Position numbers and translations under genes: made by a program. A stretch of 64,000 nucleotides of DNA, taken from positions 86,118,001-86,182,000 of the forward strand of contig NC_079165.1 in NCBI RefSeq assembly GCF_947568905.1, read 5' to 3'. Numbering within the stretch: position 1 is the stretch's first letter; the number at the start of each line of letters is the position of its first letter. This document shows positions 12,031 to 22,879 of the stretch, one piece after another. The notes beneath the pieces were generated by a model. The model was given only the letters and a program-made list of their open reading frames with translations, was not told the DNA's origin and did not search any database. Origin of the DNA: Ostrea edulis (lineage: Eukaryota).

Positions 12031-13948
12031 CACAAAAGCTTGTTCTGTGTATGATCAGTTTTTAAATCGAGGTATTAAGATATATCAACAACGTTTTATC
12101 TATTAATAATAATTTTAATTCATATGTCGCTTCGATATATACCTGTGAACTCGATATTAAAGACACCACAGACTCGGCCACGTCTGTTTCATACTAGGAA
12201 AGGACAAGGTACGTTTGGGGCCAAATGGCCCCGTGTCCAAATTAAATGATATTCCTCAAAATTCTTTCATATGGTGTATACTTCCATAAAATGTTGATGA
12301 TGTCTTCGTAAAAAGCTTTACTTATGTATAATACATATGTAGATACAGTATAGTTTACGATAACGTTGTGCCATTTTGACGTTACTTTATGCGACGTCAT
12401 GAACAAGAAAGCTATGTCATGAACTCAATATGAAAATAATCCATTTTATGTCGCCATATGCTCAAAGTTTTATTAAACAAATGTGCACTATGATTTTTAT
12501 TTGAAAAGTTTAATTGATTTTTTCCGAAAGTTTTAACCAATTGTAAATGATTCGATGCGGCGGGTGCTGTAATTTGAAGGACGATTAGTGTAATTGTATC
12601 TAAGAATTGTAGAGCAACCCATATATATTCATTCAAATTTAACATTGTATTTACATTTGCATCCACTTTGCATTGTTTTAATCTAAATTAAATGAATATT
12701 ATATATGTACGAAGCGCGTGGTTATTCTTGTGTGTATATGTACACTTTGTTCTTTTTTTCAAGCGCACTAAATGTTTTCAGCGAAGGAACACGCACTAAC
12801 CAATGCTACATTGGATTGTACATGTATTAAAAAGAACATGAAATTCATTAAGAATATATGTGAAAAGAAATATTATAAAACAAACTTGAGAAGTTGTTTT
12901 TTTTTTTTAAAATTCAACACACGACAATCAGACCGAATGTGAACCTTATAGGATGTGATAAGATTTACAAACAATGTGATAAGTTATACACAAGAGTTGA
13001 CACTGACACCATGAAAAACCTAACATAGAATAATCTTGTCGGTATTATATTCAATGTTTTAGCATATACACTTGCATCTATTTACACTCTTTATTTGAAA
13101 AAAAATATACCGGTTCCTGACAATTGTCATTATATAAGAAATCTTTAAATGCATTAGTATTTACGCAAAGGAAAATAGTTTGAATCATAAATCATATTCA
13201 TTGTCTCAAACCACGTCCGAAGTCCGCATGGGAGAGGATCGGATATTTTTTTATCTTCCCCCTTCTACCTTTTGATACATGCCGATTTAGTCGGAGATAT
13301 GAAATAACCTTGGTTTCCTTGTCTAATAAATCATTCAACAATTCCTTTTCGGTCAGTTTCTAATGATGAATTAAGCAGAGACTGTCTATTAACAGTACCA
13401 AAGTCAATCACTATGACAGTGCATCAGCATATATAATGCCGTCAGTCAAAGATATTTTTATTTTCCAGCAATTGTCAAAATAATGAAAGGTGTAAGATCT
13501 AATCAGTTTTTGACACTAAGTTTTTTCACTATACTAGTGAAAAGGACTACTAGAATCTATAATTTACTAGTCCTGCTGATTTGTGACTAATCCGGCAGCT
13601 GAAAGTAGACGGCCGAGTCGCGATGCGAAGAGGGGAAGAGTGCGGGAGGGGCTTGTCCCCTCTTAAAGAGGTGGGGGTCCGAGGAAAATTCAAAATCTAG
13701 ATGCAAATTGTTCATTTGAGACAAATAAATGAAAATTTTATGACCAAATCTAGCCTATTTTTCCTGATTTTCTCGTCAAACCATCATATTTATGCTTGAA
13801 TATCATGAAGAATACGTCGATGTGTAGCATAGTACCGTACTTTGTCGAATATGATATGCAATTTTTTCAAGGGTTTTTGGTGTGAGAAAGGGGTGCGCAT
13901 TGTTTACCAAATAGTTTTTTTCCAGGTGAAACTCGGCGGTTAAGTAAT

Positions 13949-14825
13949 GTTTTACTCAAAGAAAAGGGGCATATTGGTTTGCACCTGTCGGTCGGTCGGT
14001 AGACCACATATTGTCCGATCAATATCTTGAGAACCATTTACTTGATCGTAATGGTATTTCATATGTGGGTTGGTTATGAAAAGAAGAAGACCTCTATTGT
14101 TTTTTAGGTCAAAAGGTTAAAGGTCAAGGGTCAATCTACTCTGGACATTGGAATATACTGTTTGCTCAATATCTTTCTTGAGAACCCTTTGCTTGACAGA
14201 CATCAAACTTGGTACACTGGTACATCTTCAGGAGAAGACGACCCCTTTTGATGTTCAGGTCACATGGTCAAAGGTCAAGGGTGAAACTGGACATTGGAAT
14301 ATACTGTCTGCTCAATGTCTTGAGAACCCTTTGCTTGACAGATATTAAAATTGGCACACTGGTACATCATCACGGGAAGATGACACCCATTGATTTTGAG
14401 GCCGTGTGGTCAAAGGTCAAGGGTCAAACTGCACATAGGAATATACAGTCCGCTCAATATCTTGAGAACCCTTTGCTTGACACATCAAACTTGGTACATT
14501 AGTATGAGAAGATGGCTCCTATTCATTTTGAGGTCACATGGTCAAAGGTCAAGAGTCAAACTGACATAGGAATATACTGTACATTCAATAGCGTGAGAAC
14601 CCTTTGCTTGACAGACATCAAACTTGGTACACTGGAACATATTCAGGAGTTGATGACCCCTATTGATTTTTAGGTCACATGGTCAATCCACTCTTGACAT
14701 AGGAAGATATTGTCTGCTCAATATTTTGAATTGATTATACTACTCTCAATTAAATGATGTGTGTGTATAACCCTTTTCAATTTTGCACCATGGGGTGCAT
14801 ATGTGTTTTACAAACATCTCTTGTT
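13949..14825. mobile_element. Helentron-type non-autonomous element with internal ~140-150-bp tandem repeats
   Basis: ggggcatattg...(gtcg)n start; about 4 repeats containing ggtcaaaggtcaag and cttgagaaccctttgcttgaca; end ggggtgcatatgtgttttacaaacatctcttgtt; absent from copy 2. Confidence 0.7.
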
Positions 14826-15390
14826 GAAAATAGATATTAACGGCAAACTAACAACTTGACTTTAAGATAAAAAGGGGATTTCAGCTTCTTCATCGTCAAC
14901 TTCCCATATTTATGTAGCAATATTCCATTATCTCCTGCATATGGTGTTCATATCTTACAACTGATTCGATATGGAAAATCTTGTTCTGCTTATGATCAGT
15001 TTTTAAATCGAGGCAGGCTACTGACAAATAAGTCGATAATGCAGGGATTTCAACAGTCTCATTTAAAGTCAGCATATCGTAAATTATATAGTTGTTATAG
15101 CAATCTAGATTGCCAATACAACGTATCAATGGGTCAAATGCTGTTTAACGTGTTTCATACCGATTGTTTGGCCGTTCTTGGCACATTGATTTTGTCTAAG
15201 GATAACTCCGTTTACCTGAGCAAGATATAGCGCTCAAGGCGGGTGTCACCGGTTGACAGGGGATGTTTACTTTCTCAGACACCTGATCCCACCTCTGGTA
15301 CATCCAAGGGTCCATGTTTGCCCAACTCTCTATTTTGTATTGCTTATAAGAGTTATGAGATTGATCACTGCTCCTTATCTTCACATTTCA
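14826..15390 (+). mobile_element. Penelope-like fragment (RT thumb region plus tail)
   Basis: Reads IDINGKLTT...FSFFIVNFPYLCSNIPLSPAYGV; ends gagttatgagattgatcactg...tttcat; paralog at ~57375-57910. Confidence 0.65.
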
Positions 15391-15650
15391 TCTTTAATGT
15401 AAGTAAGTAATTTTTATTCAAAATCGAAACTATTTACAATAAACAAGTAACTTGAACTAAAAAGCTCTTTAACCGATTAGATACCATAAAACACATTTTA
15501 AAACATTATACATACATGCACAGTAATAGAACTTTGAGGTGATGAGGAATCGAATCGGACACTAACAAGTAAGTACGCTGGACAGTTATTTGTGAGTGTG
15601 TTGGGGTATTGATGACACAGAACGATTTTAAATTCTGGTTAATCAAGTCG

Positions 15651-16880
15651 TCATGAACTCATTATTGCCATAGCTGCAAGGTATATAAAGTTACTAGAAA
15701 TCAGTAAAACAAGGAAAAGGATTATACACAACTTGTCGAAAGCTAATCCGACATCATTCCAAGTGACGTTACTTGTGACGTCACTGTCTGCGTCATCGTT
15801 TACACATTCTACTGCAGATTTCTCCGTATCCCCATACTTTTGTATTGACGCTGTAGATATTTTACGTTTACGACACATCATCACGCTGCGTGTGAAACTC
15901 TTCAGTCTGGCGGGAATTTCCTTGTCGTCTGCTTTATGGTAGAAATTCATCCCAAGTACCACGGCTATCACCATAGCACAACCAAGCAACATGTCGACCA
16001 AAAGTTTGTAGGTTAAGCACGATACATTCGGTTCTGATGCTTCGGGGAGTTTGTCTTGTATTATTGTGAGGAACACAGCAATAGCCAGTAAAACGGTGAT
16101 AGAAAATCCCATCCTCTCTCCGGACTCCATGGGCAAGGAGAACACTAAAATCTGAAGAAAATTCATTAAAGCAATTGGTAAAAGTAATCCGGCGATGTAA
16201 TACGCGGTCCTTCGCTTCATGTTGATTTCCAATCGAAGTTCCTCAAAATTATGGACGTTGATATGGTAATATAGTCGAGTGCTTTTGATAGACCACAATC
16301 CATTTTCCTCATACAACAACATGTCAAATGTAGAAGAATTTGGTCTCAGAATAATATCTGATGGGTTTAGAGCGGGAACGTAAAATTTTAATGTGCACGT
16401 CTGCGAATCAAACGGATAATAAGTGACGTCAGCATCACAAGTGGCTTCATAAAGATCAGGTGGTAGGCACGAGACTCTTCCGTTATCATATACTCTGCAA
16501 GACATTCCATCTAAAAGCACTTTCCGAACTTTATCGAATGGATTCATCAAAACCAGGAAAGGTGTCCAAATATCAGATATAAAAAGCGATGTTTCGTACA
16601 GGTCTCCACCATAGTTGGTAGGGTTCCATTGGAGTAGGGAATCTGTCCATTCAAGACTAAGTGATCCCACAATACCAATTTTACGTTGTCCTTCTGAGAA
16701 TTCCTTCAAACTCGTCAGGAAGAATTTGATATCAATTTGCAGGGGGGTCGTTCTGTCGATTCCTGGCCTTACCCTTCGGTCGTATCCCGAGGTAAGGTTT
16801 GTGTGAAGTTGTGTCTGATCTTGGATGGTATATGCATATACACACCAGAAAAAACATAAAACGACCAATAAGCCCCTCAT
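15651..16880 (-). CDS. Single-exon nAChR-like Cys-loop channel subunit, non-alpha (gene B, 409 aa)
   Basis: Same architecture as gene A: signal peptide, C-x13-C loop, GER motif before M2, four TM segments, uninterrupted ORF. Confidence 0.93.
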   Translation of the reverse strand: MRGLLVVLCFFWCVYAYTIQDQTQLHTNLTSGYDRRVRPGIDRTTPLQIDIKFFLTSLKEFSEGQRKIGIVGSLSLEWTDSLLQWNPTNYGGDLYETSLFISDIWTPFLVLMNPFDKVRKVLLDGMSCRVYDNGRVSCLPPDLYEATCDADVTYYPFDSQTCTLKFYVPALNPSDIILRPNSSTFDMLLYEENGLWSIKSTRLYYHINVHNFEELRLEINMKRRTAYYIAGLLLPIALMNFLQILVFSLPMESGERMGFSITVLLAIAVFLTIIQDKLPEASEPNVSCLTYKLLVDMLLGCAMVIAVVLGMNFYHKADDKEIPARLKSFTRSVMMCRKRKISTASIQKYGDTEKSAVECVNDDADSDVTSNVTWNDVGLAFDKLCIILFLVLLISSNFIYLAAMAIMSS

Positions 16881-17055
16881 TTTGAAGTCGGCACTATCTA
16901 CCGATACAGGTGGATAATTTTACTGAAATTATGGTCGCAGTTTGGTAAATTGAAACCTTCGATAAATGTCAGATGATCGGTTCTTCTTGTCCATTTAAAG
17001 ATTTCAACATTTCAGTATTTGGCGTCTCTTGTTATGAGTGACGTTCTCGCCTTAA

Positions 17056-17359
17056 GGTAGTACTCTACATCGTCATAATAGCTGACTTCCTTTAAAAATA
17101 TGGATGAAAAAATCGATATCAGCAATATTTGACTTTTCCTTTTCCATTGAAATGCCTAGCCGAGTAGCTCAGTAGGTTAGAATACCGACTGCTGAACTGT
17201 AGGTCGCAGTGGTTTTAAAAAAAATTTCATGTTACCTTCTACTAAAACTGTATTTTTTGACAAAATAAAGTAAATTTGAAAATATTCAAATTCAAAATAT
17301 TGTTGTACATATCCTCCACTTTTCATCTACATCAAATTTCTCTGGTGTAGCGTACATCC
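17056..17359. mobile_element. Kolobok-like non-autonomous DNA transposon (304 bp) with an internal tRNA-like segment
   Basis: TTAA at 17052-17055 and TGAA at 17360-17363; GG...CC termini with short imperfect TIRs; empty site tcttaatgttgatac near 59588. Confidence 0.7.
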
Positions 17360-18506
17360 TGAATGTTGATACAAAACGTTTTACAATTCAGTGAAGTAGG
17401 TGTTCATATAAAGTACCTTTTTATGTCCGTGCCTGTCGTGTAATAATAATTAGTTGGTTTCTGATTTGAAGTTGCAGAGTTTGAAAATATCGCTTCGGGC
17501 TGGATTGTTCATACAACAGAAACAGTTTTCGGTATAACAATTCAACCCTTTGTAATTACTAAAATTAAATGGTTGGGAGAAAGCTCCACATTTACAAAAA
17601 ATAACAAATAACGGGTTGTTGTTTTTTCATACAACATGACCATCCACCATATAATCAATTTCGTGGTTTGTAATTGCTAAAGCCAAGCTACACCTGAGGA
17701 AAAATAACAAATATGCTTATTTTCTTTGTATGGTGCTTGATTATCCATATGAGGTTTTTTTCCACTCATTGACGGATCTCACCAGTTGAAGTGCTGAAAC
17801 TTTTTTTTACTTATTCACAGAGCCGAATACAGGAAGAACCCTTTCTTACTTTTGAGATTTCCTTGTTCATATCCCCTTTAACCTCCCTGTGTGGGGTGCT
17901 AATATTTCATAATGATTGTTGATAAATATCGTTAATTAGTGGCGATCCAAATTTTCGAGTGAACACTAGAGAGCAGTATTATGTTATGCGCAACCAGACC
18001 GCCAGTATCAAGATATTTATGCTTCTTTAAGTGTCCCCTTATTCATAATATTACATTTTCAAAGATCTACTCAAGCCGGTCTATTAACTACCAATCCCAT
18101 TCCCATCAATATGACCCCTCCCCCAAAGATTTATCTGTCTCTATTAATATCCTATGTCAAGTCTTTCACGAGATACTTTCGCAAGAATCCCTATCGCCAA
18201 TGATTTGATTAAATTACGTGGGAACACAGCCGGGTTCGTTTAAAATTAAAGTTCAATCAGTGTGGATGTTTTCACGGCGGTCCCTGGGTAGGAAATCCGC
18301 TGCTTATTGTCAATTTTGTGTCCTTTGTATTCAATGCATAAATAAAATTTACGTGACTTCCAAAAGAGATATGAGAGTTAAAGAACCCAATATTGAAATT
18401 AAACAAGTTTTAAATTAAGCTGTCAATAGACATGTCAACGCAGACCTCATGATAATTTGGTATTGGCATTGTGGCGCTATTAATGGGATACAATGTATAG
18501 TAACAT

Positions 18507-18509
<3 letters not shown>

Positions 18510-18557
<48 letters not shown>
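18510..18557. repeat. (CT)n microsatellite
   Basis: Pure dinucleotide run; shorter paralog near 62345. Confidence 0.95.
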
Positions 18558-18559
<2 letters not shown>

Positions 18560-18664
18560 ACCCGCGTCAGATTTAAAAGGGACATTAGCTGTGAAAATGA
18601 TGACGACCATTTTTGTCAAAATACATGTATCTCAATGGCATAGAAATATATTTTAAAGACTATT

Positions 18665-19760
18665 AAAACATTTTTGTTATGCAATCCTTTGTCTTTTTAG
18701 GCTTTTATATAGACGAAAGTCCACTTGTAGTGAAAAGGTTACCTGTAGGTGTCCAATAAGTTAACAATTGCTGTCCATTATTTTTGAAGAATGGAAAGAT
18801 ACTGTCCGTTCTTAAAAATAATGGACAGTAATTGTCAACGTATTGGACAGTGCCAGGTAAACCCAATAACTTGTTAGACGTCTACAGGTAGGCTGAAAAT
18901 AAGAGAAAGACATTACATTTGTCAAAGAGATACAAATTTAATTTGAAATTCCCAACAAGTAAGAATCAACACAGATATCGGAAAAATCACTGAAACATTT
19001 AAAAGCGATATTTCCCTTTATTAAAATTATATGCTTCAACTCGTAAGATTCACAATTTTTTTTAAATTTGAAAGACATATTTCCATACTGTATTTGAATT
19101 CTGCTGGATTCAGAGGTACATTCCGAAACTTCTTCACAACGTTTTTTTTTATGTTTTCTTTATTAGCATATCCTAATTCTGAATGATTATTTTCGCTTTC
19201 ATGAATAATTTCATTTCATGAGATAGGCGTATTGGGTTCTTTTGGCTGGAGTTAATTATTTCCTCATCCAAATATTCGAAAACACAATGCTTTTCAGATC
19301 AAAATTTGGCTCCATAACTTTCTCACCCTCCATATCCAGAATATAACACATATTTGTAATACTTTCACTGAAATCCTTAAATTTTGATCGTGCAATGAAA
19401 ATGCTCTCCCCATCAGAGGAAGACATGTTGATATGGCTCAGTACTATAGATAGAGTGAATATAAACCTGCAGTAGAAGACTACTTACCTGACACTGTCCA
19501 ATAAGTGAACAAAAGAAACAGAATTCTACGCAAGACTGGTTATATTGTCAGACTATTCAAAATAGCTTTATTCATAATTATCATTGCCAGTGGGTTTACC
19601 TGGGTCTGTTCATTCTTAGAACAAAAGATGTAATGTTTTAAGTAGGATATAAACCTGAAACTGTCCATTCTGTGAGAGAAAGAACTGATCTCGGCCCCAC
19701 GGGCCTCGATCAGTTCTTTCTCTCACAGAATGGACAGTTTTTGGCTTATATCCTTTACAT
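18665..19760. mobile_element. Fold-back non-autonomous insertion with two palindromes
   Basis: Absent from copy 2 (62480-62495 is contiguous); imperfect palindrome at 18738-18862; palindrome at 19644-19754 with 33-bp perfect arms. Confidence 0.6.
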
Positions 19761-19870
19761 AAAGACATTTATTTGGTACAAAATCAAGAGAAACCTAATA
19801 AAACTACGTTAAATAATTGCTTTTAATATAAAGAAATATGTAAGGATGAATTATTGTCTTGCAAGACAAT

Positions 19871-20090
19871 ATAAATTTAAGTTTACTTAAGAATTTTTAT
19901 AGTAATCAATAAGTATCCTCCTTGAATGGCATAGTCTGAGATATTGTATGGTTAAGCATGATGATGGTTATTTTGTCCCGTGTCTGAGGACAGGCAGAGA
20001 TTGACCAATCAGATTCTAACAATTAAAATTCCGGCCTCTTCTCCCACCTACAGCTTTGGAGGACGGACGTTTTTTCAAGTTTGTGAGTTA
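19871..20090 (+). repeat. Left terminal direct repeat of the YR retroelement
   Basis: Matches 34152-34391 apart from one substitution seen and a 20-bp deletion between gcc microhomologies. Confidence 0.9.
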
Positions 20091-20133
20091 TTGGTTAGCA
20101 AGTACTGTATTTGGTGAGTAAAATTATTTTATC

Positions 20134-20731
20134 ATGTCTTCAATGGGCAAAACTTCGGTTGTCATTCTAGGTCACTCAATTGTACGTCGTTTTCACGAAT
20201 TTTTTAAGCATGGTGACGATATCAGATATCAGATATTCTGAAAATCTTGGTCTTGAAAGAACGCATTCCGTTTTGTACAGGGGTGTAGGTGGAAGGAAAG
20301 TTCACGATATACTATCTAAGGATATAGAGAAAGTCGTTGAATTAGGTCCCGAGATAGTTGTTTTGATGATTGGGGAGAGCGATATTGTTCCTAGTACAGA
20401 TCCTGCATTGTTGGCTGCAAAAATTGAAGCGGTGGTGTCGGTGATGCATCGCCGTTATAAGGTTGGGAAGATAATTGTCTGCAAATTATTGCCAAGATTT
20501 AAGGTTAATTTTGGATACAATGAAATAGCAGACAGTGTGAATGTAATACTGAGAGCCGCATTGCCATCACTAGGTTATTGTGTGTTTTGGGAACACGGGA
20601 ATTATTTCATTTCTCCCTGTGAAGGAGATTGTAGTCGGAAATTCGTTTGTGACGGAGTTCACTTGAATAAACAAGGGAATGTTCATTTATTTAGGAGTGT
20701 AAGGGGAGCGTTAATTTCAGAGGGAAAATAG
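20134..20731 (+). pseudogene. SGNH/GDSL hydrolase ORF of the retroelement, frameshifted
   Basis: ATG 20134 gives MSSMGKTSVVILGHSIVRR (block I Ser); YRGVGG, IGESD and DGVH (DxxH) follow in the next frame; removing one copy of atcagat (20221-20234) restores the frame. Confidence 0.85.
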
Positions 20732-20829
20732 GTTTTCTAGAAAATGGAGTAAGATTTCAGATTTATTCTTTTGTTGCATATAGCATTTAGGTATGGTTAG
20801 TAACATGTATATGTGTTCATTGTGGTACT

Positions 20830-20860
<31 letters not shown>

Positions 20861-20919
20861 CGTACCAGTAAATTTGTAAGGTATTATTTAGAAATGTTAA
20901 AGTTACCAGAATTTTGTGA

Positions 20920-21600
20920 TCCTTACAGTACTTAAGGCAAGACCTAAGTACAAGTTTCAGGCAGTCATTGTACTTGCCATTTTGTACCCGCTTGGGTTTT
21001 CGTTTTCGTTTCAACTTTTACCATGTTTTTCCTGGCGATTTTTCCATCGATTTTATTTGATTTATCTAGGAATGTATATTAATGAGTTCCAGATTTATCC
21101 TTTTTGTGAAGAATAATCGTTGGGAAAATTTCTGCCATTTATTTCTTACGGTATTAGTTGATTACTAAAATTCGGTGAGTTTTTACAGTACTTAAGGCAA
21201 GACCTAAGTACAAGTTTCAGGCAGTCATTGTACTTGCCATTTTGTACCCGCTTGGGTTTTTTCATTTTAGTTTCAACTTTTACCCTGGCGATTTTCCATC
21301 GATTATATTTGATTTATCTAGGAATGTATCACAATGCGTTCGAGATTTATCCTTTCTGTAAAGAATAATCGTTGAGAAAATGCCTGCCAATTTATTTGTA
21401 CGGTATTAGTTGATTACTAAAATCTGTGTGTTTTTACAGTACTTAAGGCAAGACCTAAGTACAAGTTTCAGGCAGTCATTGTACTTGCCAATTTGTACCC
21501 GTTTGGGTTTTTCGCTTTAGTTTCAACTTTTACCCTGGAGATTTTTTCATAGGTTTTTATTTGATTTCTCTAGGGATAGAAGTAGAATATTCTCAGGTTT
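20920..21600 (+). repeat. Tandem repeat, ~255-260-bp unit x ~2.6, inside the retroelement
   Basis: ttacagtacttaaggcaagacctaagtacaagtttcaggcagtcattgtacttgcc recurs at ~20922, ~21183 and ~21436. Confidence 0.9.
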
Positions 21601-22696
21601 ATCACGAAGTACAATGTAGTGACGGTCTACACTCAAGGGCAGATATTTACATGTCCACGTGGAAGTGACGTTTGCGTCACGCGTCCACTGGTACCAGTGA
21701 GAGAATGACTTTGAACGTAATTAGTTCATATTAACTTTGTGATTTGGTTCTATCCACGTGCAGGCACACCCGTTTTTGATTGATCAATGATTCAATGTTT
21801 TTTCGTTTTCTATCATCACTTAAATTTATCGTTAAAATATGCCTATTAAACTCATTGTTCCAAATTGTTGCTTCAGAAAGAAATTGTTACATTTTAGGTT
21901 TATTGCTTATGGTAATTGTAGAGTTTAATAGTTCGATACCGAATTGTAAATTCCTTCTATTCATGGTATTATCTATATTTGAGGTATGAAGTATTATGAT
22001 GAATGTGTTGACGATCTTTCTACAAGAATTCGATTCTCAGATTATTGTATGATCACCACGACCAGTTTATTGCATAGTCGAAGAACAATTAACAATACAT
22101 AGTCGTCTTTATGCAAGGCATTAAAGCCTACTAGGTGATTTGGCACGGCAATAGGTGAAACGACTTCAAATGTGGTGATTTATTACTGATGTGAGCGCTT
22201 CGTTTTATGTAGCTAGTAGTCCTTACGGAGTGGCATCTGTTCAAGAGAAGCTGATTAATTGCTTTTGCATTCGCACAATGGGGGGTGCGATTTGCTTGCA
22301 TTAAGGGAAAATTTTGGTTTAGTTTGAAAACAATATTGGTTCTTCCTTTATTGTGATATTTCCGGGATAACTTTTGTTATCAGCTGTAATCGGTACAGGG
22401 TGTCTGTAACTAGTGTAAGTACAGAATCAGGCGATTAGCCACCATTAGGAGAAAAGATTCAGTTTCTATCACTTTAGTTTATTGCTTTTCAATAACATTA
22501 CCATTTGTAGTTATGCATACTTAATTGTGTGTATAATGTATTTTCAAAATATTGGCATGTGATGTACACACGCAAAAGTCATGGTATTACTTGCATCTTC
22601 TAGGCATTCATATTTAACTTAACACAGATTATGTTAAATATAAGGATATATTCTTCTGTCTCAATTTACAATTCTGTAGGTATATTTACTAGCATT

Positions 22697-22879
22697 ATGC
22701 CAGGAAAAAGAAGCAAACCCCAGCAATCCAAAACAAACCAGGCGAAACGACCTCGACGTGGCCAAAACAAAAGAGGAGAACGAAAACTTTCTACTGATGC
22801 TGTGACAGGGGATGTCAGCACTTCACCAACCACTATTCCTCCTGAAACTTTGGCAGCATTGACCCAAGCCATAACAAAG
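22697..22879 (+). pseudogene. gag N-terminal part, split by the Mutator insertion
   Basis: MPGKRSK...ETLAALTQAITK joins in frame to SVTEKVLAEIKP at 29807 once the element and one TSD copy are removed. Confidence 0.88.

Larger units (their letters stand above)
261..19870. other. Segmental duplication, copy 1 (paralogous to ~49200-62600)
   Basis: Collinear matches: 1360-1590 vs 49400-49625; ORF 1724-1912 vs 50482-50670; gene A vs A'; gene B vs B'; 19760-19870 vs 62490-62595; homology resumes at 34414 vs 63869. Confidence 0.92.

Noticed and set aside
12200-13948. Copy-1-specific insertion with a ggggccaaatggcccc palindrome
   Set aside because: Probably one or more TEs, but I could not define matching termini or a TSD
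17159-17207. tRNA gene
   Set aside because: Only the 5' half is tRNA-like; no T-arm or 3' acceptor strand, and it lies inside a MITE
18410-18643. ORFs with ERERER or LSLSLS runs
   Set aside because: Translation of a (CT)n microsatellite
20829-20857. Poly-A after the SGNH ORF as evidence of a processed retrocopy
   Set aside because: No AATAAA upstream and no TSD; long A runs are common elsewhere in the window
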